Shown here piece after piece: positions 9,678-18,728 of a stretch of 41,045 nt of DNA; position 1 is the stretch's first letter, and the number at the start of each line of letters is the position of its first letter. The position numbers were made by a program, and so were the translations under genes. The notes under the pieces were generated by a model. The model was not told the DNA's origin, searched no databases, and saw nothing but the letters and a program-made list of their open reading frames with translations. The DNA is from Gemmatimonadota bacterium (lineage in GTDB: Bacteria; Gemmatimonadota; Gemmatimonadetes; Gemmatimonadales; GWC2-71-9). The stretch spans positions 1 to 41,045 of the forward strand of contig JAZDCZ010000121.1 in NCBI GenBank assembly GCA_036679605.1, in the 5' to 3' direction.

Positions 9678-9840
9678 AAGGTCACCTCTGCGCTGGTGGA
9701 AAAGCAAGTAGATTGCACGGTCCGCCGGTAGTGCCACCCTACGTTGGGTACCGTACCAATCCAACGAATCTTGGTGCTCAAAACAGCGTCCCCAGCCGGC
9801 TCGCCTTGACCGGTCTCCTAACAACGAGGACAACATAGCC

Positions 9841-10170
9841 ATGCAGATCGCAGCATCGCTTTTCTATTTCGTTCTGGCGGGACTATGTGAGATTGCCGGC
9901 GGATACCTGGTGTGGCTTTGGCTGCGCGAGGGAAAGAGCGCGTGGCTCGCCCCCATCGGTGGCATCATATTGTTCCTCTATGGCATCGTTCCGACATTGC
10001 AACCAGCGCGCTTCGGCAGAGTCTACGCAGCTTACGGCGGCATCTTCATAGTCCTTGCCATGCTGTGGGGGTGGCAGATCGACGGCACAAAACCCGATCG
10101 GTTCGATGTTATCGGTGGACTCATTGCGCTGGTGGGAGTCGGCGTCATAATGTATTGGCCCAGAGGATGA
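9841..10170 (+). CDS. ynfA: YnfA (UPF0060) family small membrane transporter
   Basis: [39 protein letters not shown] and YWPR. Confidence 0.92.
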   Translation: MQIAASLFYFVLAGLCEIAGGYLVWLWLREGKSAWLAPIGGIILFLYGIVPTLQPARFGRVYAAYGGIFIVLAMLWGWQIDGTKPDRFDVIGGLIALVGVGVIMYWPRG

Positions 10171-10200
10171 AGTTCTTGCCGTTTCGACTTAGGAGGAAAC

Positions 10201-10476
10201 ATGAAATGCGACGTTAAGGCACTCGCTGTGGCGCTGGGAATAATCTTTGGCGGAAGCTTTCTGCTCGTGGGAATCGCCAATCTGATCTTCCCGTCCTATG
10301 CGACAGCGTATCTAGAGCTAGCAGCATCGGTCTATCCCGGCTACCACGGGCCCGCAGGGTTCGGGTCGGTGATAGCGGTGACGCTCTACGGGGCGTTGGA
10401 CGGGGTCGTGGGCGGCGCCATATTTGCGTGGCTCTACAACTTCGCGCTGGGGAAGAAGGCCGAAGCAGCAGCCTAG
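10201..10476 (+). CDS. Small membrane protein
   Basis: AGGAGG RBS; two hydrophobic helices; SVYPGY and FAWLYN motifs. Confidence 0.8.
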   Translation: MKCDVKALAVALGIIFGGSFLLVGIANLIFPSYATAYLELAASVYPGYHGPAGFGSVIAVTLYGALDGVVGGAIFAWLYNFALGKKAEAAA

Positions 10477-11102
10477 CCGCGCTCCACTCCCAGCCCGCGG
10501 ATCTCACTGCTCGTAGTGCCGGCATCGTCTTCGTTCCCCCACTTGGGTGACTTGGACAAGACCTGCTGCACCATGGCTGCAAAGTACTCGAGCGGAAGTG
10601 TGTCGTAGTTGGGATCGAACGACGCCTGATCGTATTCGCTGAACTGAACTGCATGTTCGTAGTGAGGATGTTCCTTGAACTTGTCGCGCGCGTTGCGGTC
10701 GAAGCCCAGCTTGTCAAAATAATGGTATCCCTGGAATACCTGGTGCTGCCTCACCATGAAGTGATTCGCGTCGGAAACAAACGGCTCCAGGACAAGTGCG
10801 GCGACCTCGGCATGCCGGTACGGCGACAGCAGATCACCGATATCGTGCAGCAAGCAGCAAACGACGTATTCTTCGTCCTTGCCATCACGATGGGCTCGCG
10901 TTGCGGTCTGAAGACAATGGGTGAGGCGGTCGACCGGCAGCGCTGAGTTACTGCCACGTCCTCTTAATTCTTTCAGGTGCTCCAACACTCGGTCGGGCAG
11001 CTCGGCGGTGAACTCGCGATCCGCTTCCTCGTGTGCTAAGAGATCTTCACGCGTCGCGTCTCTGAATTGAGTCCATGCAGGTTGTTTTGTGGGTTCGTTC
11101 AT
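10473..11102 (-). CDS. HD-domain protein (PhnZ-like metal-dependent hydrolase/oxygenase)
   Basis: DRLTHCLQTATRA...LLHDIGD...HAEVAA...HQVFQGY...YDQ. Start placed at 11102 (alternative 11129) because the longer ORF runs into repeat R2. Confidence 0.85.
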   Translation of the reverse strand: MNEPTKQPAWTQFRDATREDLLAHEEADREFTAELPDRVLEHLKELRGRGSNSALPVDRLTHCLQTATRAHRDGKDEEYVVCCLLHDIGDLLSPYRHAEVAALVLEPFVSDANHFMVRQHQVFQGYHYFDKLGFDRNARDKFKEHPHYEHAVQFSEYDQASFDPNYDTLPLEYFAAMVQQVLSKSPKWGNEDDAGTTSSEIRGLGVERG

Positions 11103-11132
11103 GGCTTCAGGTGTCCGAGTGAGAGGCATAGT

Positions 11133-11201
11133 CTGCCGCGGATCATTGACTAGGAAGGCGGATCCGTCCGGAAGCATCCGCGTCCCAACTTGCTGAGCGG
11201 C
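11133..11201 (+). repeat. Palindromic repeat family copy R2
   Basis: CTGCCGCGGATCATTGACTAGGAAGGCGGAT-CCGTCCGGAAGC-ATCCGCGTCC...GCGGC. Confidence 0.8.
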
Positions 11202-11266
11202 CTGTAATCTACCACTTCGCCTTCACGCCACCACCGGCTGGGCGATGATGGGCTAAGCCCGCCCGC

Positions 11267-11295
11267 TTGCAAGTCCAGGAACGCTGCTCCATACT
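11267..11295 (+). promoter_or_regulatory. Candidate sigma70 promoter
   Basis: TTGCAA-N17-CATACT upstream of the gene at 11381. Confidence 0.45.
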
Positions 11296-11380
11296 TGCGC
11301 TGAAGACACATCTACGCAGGTGGTTCTGGGACACCGCCGTCTCATCAACGGCCTCGTAGGATGACCCGTAGGAGGTCAGA

Positions 11381-12121
11381 ATGAGAATCACCGCACCCCT
11401 TTCTTTCGCGCTGGCAGCAACGGTTCCCGTCACAACCGCCTTTGCTCAAGAAGGAACGATCTCACAATCGTTCACCCAAATTGTGAAAACGCAGAACGTG
11501 GCACAGTTCGAGGAGGCGTACAAGAACCACCTCAAGTGGCACCGTCAAAACAACGACACTTGGACCTGGAACATGTGGTCCACTGTGACGGGCGAGCTTG
11601 GCCGGTACATCGTTATTACGGACGATCACACCTGGGCAGACTTCGACTCTCCCCCGTTCGACGTCCAAGCCGATAACGCAGATGCGATCGCGAAGCTCGG
11701 AAGGTTCGTAGAGTCCGTTGCAAGCGGCTTCGCCCGGGCCATGACGGAGGTAAGTATGCCGGCGGCCAATCCGGTGCCGCTGGCGCAGGTCATCGAGTTT
11801 AGTCTAAAAAGTGGCAAGGACGGCGACTTCCTTCATGTCATTGGGAAGTTTGCGGAAGCTGCCAAGCAGGTGAATTGGCCGGGGCGCTTCGTGTGGCTGG
11901 CCAATGAAAGCGGTGGCACCGCGGACTACATCTTGGTTATCCAGCATGAGAACTGGGCATCATTTGCTCCGCTTGAGATGAGCTTTCCGGCCGTGCTCGA
12001 GGAAGTATACGGAAGGCAGGAGGCTAACGCGCTGCTGGACATGATTAGCAAAGCGGTTGAGTCGGAGACCGAGCGGACTTGGATCCACCGGCCTGATCTG
12101 AGCTACGTGCCCGGGAACTGA
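11381..12121 (+). CDS. Secreted protein with two NIPSNAP-like (dimeric alpha+beta barrel) repeats
   Basis: AGGAGGT RBS; signal peptide ending AFA-Q; duplicated W(A)(D/S)F unit; C-terminal RPDLSY. Confidence 0.75.
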   Translation: MRITAPLSFALAATVPVTTAFAQEGTISQSFTQIVKTQNVAQFEEAYKNHLKWHRQNNDTWTWNMWSTVTGELGRYIVITDDHTWADFDSPPFDVQADNADAIAKLGRFVESVASGFARAMTEVSMPAANPVPLAQVIEFSLKSGKDGDFLHVIGKFAEAAKQVNWPGRFVWLANESGGTADYILVIQHENWASFAPLEMSFPAVLEEVYGRQEANALLDMISKAVESETERTWIHRPDLSYVPGN

Positions 12122-12131
12122 GCACCAAACC

Positions 12132-12203
12132 CTGCCGCGGATAATTGCTCGGAGCGCGGATCGGCAAGGAAGAATCCGCGTTCCGAGTCAATTGTCGGCG
12201 CAG
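12132..12203 (-). repeat. Palindromic repeat family copy R3 (most intact hairpin)
   Basis: Plus strand reads CTGCCGCGGATAATTGCTCGGAGCGCGGAT-N12-ATCCGCGTTCCGAGTCAATTGTCGGCGCAG. Its loop matches R4 in reverse complement. Confidence 0.8.
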
Positions 12204-12393
12204 TATATCAACCAGCTCGGCTCTTCGGATAATATTCGGTATTCTATGTCTCGGCGCGTAACGGACTTTAGCCAAGACTCCGGAACCAATCCCCCCCTTA
12301 CGGCGATGTATAGCTATGGTGTAGCTTGTGTTATATGTCTCTTCAATCCATAGGGCCCTACATCGTGGGGATGGAGAGATACGTTGCTTCAGT

Positions 12394-12422
12394 TTGACTT
12401 GTTATCGATATAACTATATGAT
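12394..12422 (+). promoter_or_regulatory. Sigma70 promoter with palindromic operator; leaderless start
   Basis: TTGACT (12394-12399), N17, TATGAT (12417-12422). GTTAT-CGAT-ATAAC lies in the spacer, and the ATG is 6 nt downstream with no SD. Confidence 0.75.
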
Positions 12423-12428
12423 TATCCT

Positions 12429-12956
12429 ATGCAGAAGTCGGGGCTCGTAAAGGCTTTCAAGCGCTTGGGTCAACGGTGTGAGTCGCTTGTGGAAATCGTT
12501 GTCGGTGGAGGTGCTGCGATGATCCTGGCCGGGTATATCGATCGTGATACTGGAGACAGCGATGCCATTTGGTCGAACCCGAAGCTCTCGCTCTTACAGC
12601 ACTCGATTGAAGAAGTAGCTGAAGAACTGGAACTTAAGCCAGACTGGTTAAACGACGGAATCAAGGCGTACGCCAACTTGCTACCGAACGACTTTCGTAC
12701 GCGGTGTGTCGCAGTAGGAATGTTTGGAAACCTGACCGTGCAAATGCTTGGGCGTAGGGATCTTATTCTGATGAAACTTGCTGCTATGCGCCCTCGCGAT
12801 CTCGACGACGTGCATGTCATGAATCCGACAGCTGGGGAGATCTCATTCGTTGAGAGTCAGCTAGAGCGAATCAGTGACACTGATCCAAAGGCCGCATTGA
12901 GGATCCAGTTGTATCTTCGGCAGACTGGATCCCAGAACAGCACCAAACGATCATGA
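12429..12956 (+). CDS. DUF6036-like nucleotidyltransferase (AbiEii-like)
   Basis: IVVGGGAAM...RDTGDSDA...DWLND...DLILMKLAAMRPRDLDD. Confidence 0.8.
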   Translation: MQKSGLVKAFKRLGQRCESLVEIVVGGGAAMILAGYIDRDTGDSDAIWSNPKLSLLQHSIEEVAEELELKPDWLNDGIKAYANLLPNDFRTRCVAVGMFGNLTVQMLGRRDLILMKLAAMRPRDLDDVHVMNPTAGEISFVESQLERISDTDPKAALRIQLYLRQTGSQNSTKRS

Positions 12957-12981
12957 GACCACAGCACTTGGCAGGGATACT

Positions 12982-13740
12982 GTGATGGAGAATGCGATCA
13001 CATCGAAGACGATGGCGGAGAGGGAGCGCGTTAGCTTGATGGCCGAGTGGACGCGGTTGGGAGTGCTGTTTAATACCGCTCCTGCACCGTATCGAGTGGA
13101 CCTCGAAGAGCTGATAGTGAGAACAGCAGGATTCGCGAGAATGGATGAACGACTCTTCGTAATGGCTGCCAGTTGGTTGGCCGACCATCATCGTTTGCTC
13201 GATGCCCGCCGACTGGGTCGCAAGCTCGATAATCAATCAAATGAGTCCTCTGCCGTTGCCGGTGCCATGCTCAGCTTAGCGCTGCAGGAAGCGTCGTCAG
13301 CGACGCAGTTGCGTGCTGCCGTCAAGCATTGTGAGCCCATCGACGAGAAGCAGCCACTCTACTTCATCCTCTTCATGTATCCGGCGCTGCTGGACCTGGT
13401 GAAGCAAGAGGCACTTGCGCTGTTTGACGACTGGGGCTTTTGGCACAATGATGTGACGTTGAAGCGCAGTGCGATTCGACCAGTCGCTTGGATCAACCGG
13501 CAGTGTCCGGAGCTGCGCCTCCGGGCACTTGTCGGCACTGGGCTTGACTCGGAGATTCTCGACCTGTTGCGCGAAGAGTCACATACAATAGCTGAGCTGA
13601 CCAGACTCACTGGTGCCACGTACGCGGCAACGCACACTGCGGCAATGAGGCTGTTGGGTCGCGGGCTTCTTCGGCGCGATGTAGACTCTCGAAAACCGCT
13701 GCGCCTAAATATGAACAGTATGCCGTGGATCATTGATTAG
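12982..13740 (+). CDS. Hypothetical partner protein with a C-terminal winged-HTH-like segment
   Basis: Co-oriented, 25 nt after the NTase gene; C-terminal SEILDLL...TIAELTRLTGATYAATHTAAMRL. Confidence 0.7.
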   Translation: MMENAITSKTMAERERVSLMAEWTRLGVLFNTAPAPYRVDLEELIVRTAGFARMDERLFVMAASWLADHHRLLDARRLGRKLDNQSNESSAVAGAMLSLALQEASSATQLRAAVKHCEPIDEKQPLYFILFMYPALLDLVKQEALALFDDWGFWHNDVTLKRSAIRPVAWINRQCPELRLRALVGTGLDSEILDLLREESHTIAELTRLTGATYAATHTAAMRLLGRGLLRRDVDSRKPLRLNMNSMPWIID

Positions 13741-13773
13741 GAACGCGGATTCTACCTCGCCAATCCGCTTCCC
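13720..13773 (+). repeat. Palindromic repeat family copy R4
   Basis: ATGCCGTGGATCATTGATTAGGAACGCGGAT-TCTACCTCGCCA-ATCCGCTTCCC; it supplies the stop codon of the upstream ORF. Confidence 0.8.
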
Positions 13774-13862
13774 ACAGAAGTCATCCGATGATACCGTTCA
13801 ATCGGTGCAGAGGCTTAATTTTGAGTAGATTGCGGGTGCCAAACTACACGGGGGTGAGCCGG

Positions 13863-14576
13863 ATGGAGGACATCAGCCTCACATATTCCTTCACCTTGGA
13901 GGATGGCTCACGCGAAGTATTTGAGCTCACTCTCGACGCCGTCACGCTCGAACTGAAAGACGGACCTCCCGCAGATCTGCCTCCATGGACCGAACTCGGG
14001 TTCCATCAGTGCCCGACCTGCCCGCTCCATTCAGACACGACACCACACTGTCCTGCGGCGGCTCATCTAGTGAGCCTGACCCAAGGCTTTGCGCGGGTGC
14101 TCTCTCACGAAAAAGTTAGCGTTGAGGTCGTTACCGAGAACCGTACCATCACCTCGGAGCGGGCTGCCCAGGAGGCGATCAGCTCACTCATGGGTCTCAT
14201 AATGGCCGTGAGCGGCTGCCCGCATACGTCGTTCTTCCGGCCGATGGCACGTTTCCATCTTCCGTTTGCAACGGAAGTGGAGACAAATTATCGGGCGGCG
14301 TCGATGTATCTCTTGGCGCAGTACTTTGCAGAGCGGGCGGGGAAGGAAAGCGACCCAGAGCTAGAAGGCCTGCTCGACATCTACAAGCGGGTGCGGGATG
14401 TGAACGCGGCATTCGTGGAGCGACTTCGTGCCGCCACTGAAGCGGATTCGGCGATCAACGCGATCGTGGTGTTGGATATGCTCGCGCTCAATCTGCCGAT
14501 GGCGATCGGGACCTCATTGGAGCAACTCAAGTATTTGTTCGAACCGTTTCTGGATCACGCCGAAGAACCCTCGTGA
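13863..14576 (+). CDS. Conserved hypothetical protein (DUF6901-like)
   Basis: PPWTELGFHQCPTCPL...CPAA, SSLMGLIMAVSGCP, RPMARFHLPFA; ATG 13863 after GGGGTG. Confidence 0.8.
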   Translation: MEDISLTYSFTLEDGSREVFELTLDAVTLELKDGPPADLPPWTELGFHQCPTCPLHSDTTPHCPAAAHLVSLTQGFARVLSHEKVSVEVVTENRTITSERAAQEAISSLMGLIMAVSGCPHTSFFRPMARFHLPFATEVETNYRAASMYLLAQYFAERAGKESDPELEGLLDIYKRVRDVNAAFVERLRAATEADSAINAIVVLDMLALNLPMAIGTSLEQLKYLFEPFLDHAEEPS

Positions 14577-14609
14577 GCGCATGCCGCTACGGCGCAGCTA
14601 GCTACACCA

Positions 14610-15869
14610 TCACGCAAGTGTGACGATCGTGGGATCGATGCTGCGCGTTGACGCAACACCCGAGAGCTGCATCGCGATCCTAAGCTCGGCGCGCAAGATG
14701 TCCAGCACTCGTTCCACTCCCTCTTGGCCAAACGCGGCGAGCCCCCACAAATATGGCCGTCCGATGCACACGGCCGTTGCGCCGAGTGCCAGGGCCTTCA
14801 AGATGTCGGTGCCGCGGCGGAACCCGCTGTCGACTAGGACCGGCATCCGGCCACCGACCGCGCCGAGGACTTCGGGAAGGGCTGTGATGGTCGCCCGTCC
14901 GCTCGCAGTCGCCCGCCCGCCGTGGTTCGAGACAATGATGCCGTCGGCGCCGGACGCGAGACAGCGCCTGGCATCGTCGCCACGGACGATACCTTTGACC
15001 AACACCTTCATGTCGGTGGTGTCCTTGAGCCGCTGCACGAATTCCCATGTGTGGCCAGGTGTATCGAAGTCGACTTGGCTCATGTCCAGCCCTTCGAACA
15101 TCGGTTTGCGACTGAGCCATCCGGTGGGGAAACTCATCGGATCGTCGGCAGCGGGAGCGGCTTCGTGACACGCCGTGCAGTCGCGCGTGTCCCTACGGAT
15201 GTAGCGCTCGAGAGTCTCGCGATTACTTCCGATCGGTAGATCGACGGTGAGCACTAGGGCAGGGCAGCCGGCGTTCTCGGCTCGGCGAATGAGAGCCTTA
15301 GCGACGGTCCAACTCGAGGTCGGGTAGAGCTGATACCACACCGGCCGTTCGCGCACGGCGTTCACGTCCTCCACGGACGTCGTCGTCACGGTCGAGAGAA
15401 TCTGATGATGTCCTCTCGCGCTCGATGCCTTGGCAGCAGCTAGTTCGCCTTGCGAGTGGAAGGCCTTCTGGCTCCCGGCGGGTGCGAGCACAATGGGTGT
15501 GTCCCACCGCTCGCCGAACAGTTCCACGCTCATGTCGATGTTTGAAACGTCTACCAGCCGCTTGGGCCGAAGCTGGAACTCGTGGAATCCCTCGCGATTG
15601 GCCCTCAGTGTGGCATCGTCGTCCACCCCGGTTGCCAGGTACCCGTAGTGAGCCGGAGGAAGCACCCGCTCGGCAACGGTCTGGAAATCGAACACGTTGA
15701 TCGCATCGGCGGACGATGTGATGCGCGACGCTACTTCCAGGGGGTCGCTGCTCGCGTTCCCGTTGCCGAGGTCGTCCTCGCCGGTGCAGGCCGGCAGCAG
15801 GGACAGCAGGGGGCTTCCCGCGAGGAAGCGCAAAAACGAACGGCGCGAAGGTCTAGACAACTCGCTCAT
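14610..15869 (-). CDS. FMN-dependent alpha-hydroxy-acid dehydrogenase/oxidase, Tat-exported lipoprotein
   Basis: SRRSFL Tat motif, LLPAC lipobox, WYQLY, LTVD, VKG, VSNHGGR, DSGFRRGTDILKALALGA and GRP. Confidence 0.93.
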   Translation of the reverse strand: MSELSRPSRRSFLRFLAGSPLLSLLPACTGEDDLGNGNASSDPLEVASRITSSADAINVFDFQTVAERVLPPAHYGYLATGVDDDATLRANREGFHEFQLRPKRLVDVSNIDMSVELFGERWDTPIVLAPAGSQKAFHSQGELAAAKASSARGHHQILSTVTTTSVEDVNAVRERPVWYQLYPTSSWTVAKALIRRAENAGCPALVLTVDLPIGSNRETLERYIRRDTRDCTACHEAAPAADDPMSFPTGWLSRKPMFEGLDMSQVDFDTPGHTWEFVQRLKDTTDMKVLVKGIVRGDDARRCLASGADGIIVSNHGGRATASGRATITALPEVLGAVGGRMPVLVDSGFRRGTDILKALALGATAVCIGRPYLWGLAAFGQEGVERVLDILRAELRIAMQLSGVASTRSIDPTIVTLA

Positions 15870-15984
15870 TCCGAATCTCCGATTGATCAGCCAAACAGAG
15901 GATGCACCGGTCGACTCCCGAGCGCCAGAGGTTGTAACCGCGGGCCACTCGCCACGTGGCCATACCGCCCTTATCCTCTAGGCC

Positions 15985-18594
15985 GTGTCTGATCTCCTGG
16001 ATCGTCTCAGAACTGCCGTCTCGGAGCGGTACCGTGTCGAGCGGGAGATAGGTGCGGGCGGAATGGCCACGGTGTACTTGGCTGAAGACATAAAGCACCA
16101 TCGCCAGGTGGCAATCAAGGTTCTCCGTGCCGAGCTGGCTGCTACGCTCGGACCCGACCGGTTCTTGCGGGAAATCGAGATCGCGGCCCAGCTCCAGCAC
16201 CCCCACATCTTGCCACTGTACGATTCGGGTGAAGCGGCTGGGTTTCTCTACTTTGTGATGCCCTTCGTCGAGGGTGAATCGCTTCGCGCGAAAGTCGAGC
16301 GCGAGGGCGAGCTACCAATTGCAGATGCCGTGCGGATCTTGCGTGACGTCACGGACGCTTTGGCGTACGCGCACGAGCATGGCGTCGTGCACCGCGACAT
16401 CAAACCTGACAACGTGTTGCTCTCTGGTAGGCATGCCATGGTGACGGATTTCGGCGTTGCGAAGGCGGTACACGAAGCTACCGGACGTCAACAACTAACG
16501 ACCGCTGGTGTGGCGCTGGGAACACCCGCGTACATGTCGCCGGAGCAGGCCGCGGCCGATCCCAACATCGATCATCGCGCTGATATCTATGCGGTAGGGG
16601 TGCTTGCGTACGAGTTGCTCTCCGGGCAGCCGCCTTTCCACGGTACTTCGCCGCAAATGATCTTGGCGGCACACATGACAGACGCGCCGGTACCGGTAAC
16701 GAGTCGTCGTGCTGCGGTGCCGCCTGCGATGGCCGATATTGTCATGCGGTGTCTCGAGAAGAAGCCGGCCGACCGCTGGCAATCGGCGGAGGAACTGCTC
16801 CCCAAGTTTGAGGGCCTTGCGACGCCGAGCGTCGGAATGACGCCGACGGAAACGCGCCCGATCGAGTCCGTGCGGCCGGCGCGCAGCCGTGGCTTTCTCG
16901 CGATCGCAGCGGTGGTCGCGGTCGCAGTGATAGCAGCTGTAACCACGATCTTTTGGCCGGCGGGCGCGACCCCACTCGCCAGAGATCGAGTCCTGGTGGG
17001 AATCTTCGAAAACGAAACGGGAGATCCGTTGCAAGATCCGTTGGGCAAAGTCATAGCCGATTGGCTAAGCCGCGGGTTGCATGAGACGGGATTAGTGGAG
17101 GTCGTTGATGAGCGCAGCGCAGCGTCCGAAGTAGAGGGAACAGGGACGGCTCGCCTCCGGCGAATTGCCGAGAGCATCGGGGCCGGTCTCATTGTCGCCG
17201 GCAGCTATTACAAAATTGGGGACAGCCTCCAGCTCCAAGGCCAGATAATGGACGCCAACGACGGCAGCATCATCAGCGCTGTCGGCCCGATCACGGCCCC
17301 CGCCGCAACCCCCCAATCGGCCATTGTGTCGCTCCGCCAGCGAACGATGGGGGCATTCGCGAATATTCTGGATCCGCGGTTCGGTGCGGTCGCACCCGGG
17401 ATTCAGCCGCCCAACTACGAAGCCTATCGGGAATTTGTAGCCGGTGACGAGGCGTTCAACCAGGGACGCATGCAGAGCGCGGCAGAGAGCTTCGAGCGCG
17501 CGTACGGACTCGATTCGATGTTCGCCATCGCGTTGGTGCGCGGGGCGTACGCGTATCAGAGTGCGGGTCGTTGCGATAAGGTGGACTCGATCAACACGGT
17601 GCTTGCCCCACGCCGGAGTCTTCTCTCGCCGTACGAGCGCCAGTACTTGGATCGTATTGTCGCGCGGTGTAGTGCCGACTTCCAGACACATCTCACCGCT
17701 GCGGAGGAAATGTTCCGGCTGGCCCCGAAGTCGTCGTTTGCCAAATACGTCGCAGGGCGGTCGGCTCTTTGGGTCAATCGGCCACAATACGGGCTAACGC
17801 TGATGGAGGAACTCGACCCGACGCAGGGAGAGATTAGGGTAAACTACCATCAAGTGATGCGGGATATCGCCGATGCGTACCACATGTTGGGCGACTACGA
17901 CGGTGAACTGGCCACCGTGGAGCGATGGAATCGTGTCGACGACGATCGTGGCGGCCAGCAACGTCGGGTGCGCGCTTTGATCGCGCTGGGGCGGGCAGAC
18001 GAGGCATTGGAGAGCGCCTCCCTCGGCGGATCGATGGGCGGGACGCCGCCGTTCTGGCCGGCCGACCTGATGTGCGACGCGGCCCTCGAGCTGCGAGTGC
18101 ACGGCGAGCCGGATCTGGCCCGGTCGGCCGTGGAAGAATGTGTCGACATCATTGAGCGGTTGGGGCCCGAGGCTGTCGACTCGATTGCGTATTTGGGCCG
18201 ACTGGCTGACGGTGTCTACCTGCTGGACCGGCTTGAAGAGGCCGAACTCTTGTACCGGAGTCTCCTTGAGCTAAGGCCGCTTCGTATCAGCGCGATTGGG
18301 AGGCTCGGCGTCATCGCAGCGCGCACCGAACGCGCCGACATGGCTTGGGAGTTTGCCACGCTGCTCGCCGACGGCGAGTGGCCGGCGAACGCCGGCGGTG
18401 TGCCCACACTGTTGCGCGCCAAAATCCTGGCCGCATTGGGTGAGCGAGATGCTGCGGTAGATCTGGTCCGCCAGGCAGTGGGTGAGGGAATAGTCTTCCT
18501 ACCATCAGGGAATCGGTCCTTTCACAAAGACCCGGATTTTGATCCGCTCCGCGGCTATGCCCCGTTCGAGGAGATCGTGAGACCCAAAGGGTAA
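15985..18594 (+). CDS. Hanks-type Ser/Thr protein kinase with TM, TolB-N-like and TPR domains
   Basis: GAGGMATV, VAIK, HRDIKPDN, DFG and GTPAYMSPEQ; TM helix; C-terminal DPDFDPLRGYAPFEEIVRPKG. Confidence 0.95.
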   Translation: MSDLLDRLRTAVSERYRVEREIGAGGMATVYLAEDIKHHRQVAIKVLRAELAATLGPDRFLREIEIAAQLQHPHILPLYDSGEAAGFLYFVMPFVEGESLRAKVEREGELPIADAVRILRDVTDALAYAHEHGVVHRDIKPDNVLLSGRHAMVTDFGVAKAVHEATGRQQLTTAGVALGTPAYMSPEQAAADPNIDHRADIYAVGVLAYELLSGQPPFHGTSPQMILAAHMTDAPVPVTSRRAAVPPAMADIVMRCLEKKPADRWQSAEELLPKFEGLATPSVGMTPTETRPIESVRPARSRGFLAIAAVVAVAVIAAVTTIFWPAGATPLARDRVLVGIFENETGDPLQDPLGKVIADWLSRGLHETGLVEVVDERSAASEVEGTGTARLRRIAESIGAGLIVAGSYYKIGDSLQLQGQIMDANDGSIISAVGPITAPAATPQSAIVSLRQRTMGAFANILDPRFGAVAPGIQPPNYEAYREFVAGDEAFNQGRMQSAAESFERAYGLDSMFAIALVRGAYAYQSAGRCDKVDSINTVLAPRRSLLSPYERQYLDRIVARCSADFQTHLTAAEEMFRLAPKSSFAKYVAGRSALWVNRPQYGLTLMEELDPTQGEIRVNYHQVMRDIADAYHMLGDYDGELATVERWNRVDDDRGGQQRRVRALIALGRADEALESASLGGSMGGTPPFWPADLMCDAALELRVHGEPDLARSAVEECVDIIERLGPEAVDSIAYLGRLADGVYLLDRLEEAELLYRSLLELRPLRISAIGRLGVIAARTERADMAWEFATLLADGEWPANAGGVPTLLRAKILAALGERDAAVDLVRQAVGEGIVFLPSGNRSFHKDPDFDPLRGYAPFEEIVRPKG
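18561..18594 (+). repeat. Direct repeat A1 (kinase 3' end)
   Basis: 31/34 nt identical to 19356-19389. Confidence 0.9.
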
Positions 18595-18634
18595 CCGTGT
18601 GAGCAATGACGGCTTATAGGCCCTAGGGTTGGCA

Positions 18635-18663
18635 TTGACAGATCGAAGACGGAACCCTATTCT
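18635..18663 (+). promoter_or_regulatory. Consensus sigma70 promoter antisense to the NYN gene
   Basis: TTGACA (18635-18640), N17, TATTCT (18658-18663). Confidence 0.7.
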
Positions 18664-18669
18664 TGATAA

Positions 18670-18728
18670 GAATCACGAGGAGAAGGCACGGCATCGGGTT
18701 CCGTCCCGGGGCGGTGTCTTTTCATTTT
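18670..18728 (+). ncRNA. Predicted ~60-nt small RNA ending in a hairpin plus U-tract
   Basis: Downstream of the promoter. AAGGCAC/GTGTCTT outer stem, CGGG/CCCG inner stem, then TTCATTTT overlapping the NYN stop codon. Confidence 0.45.

Noticed and set aside
9301..13773. Repeats R1-R4 as a CRISPR array or classical attC array
   Set aside because: Spacing is 1-1.8 kb, orientation alternates, attC core sites are absent and there are no cas genes.
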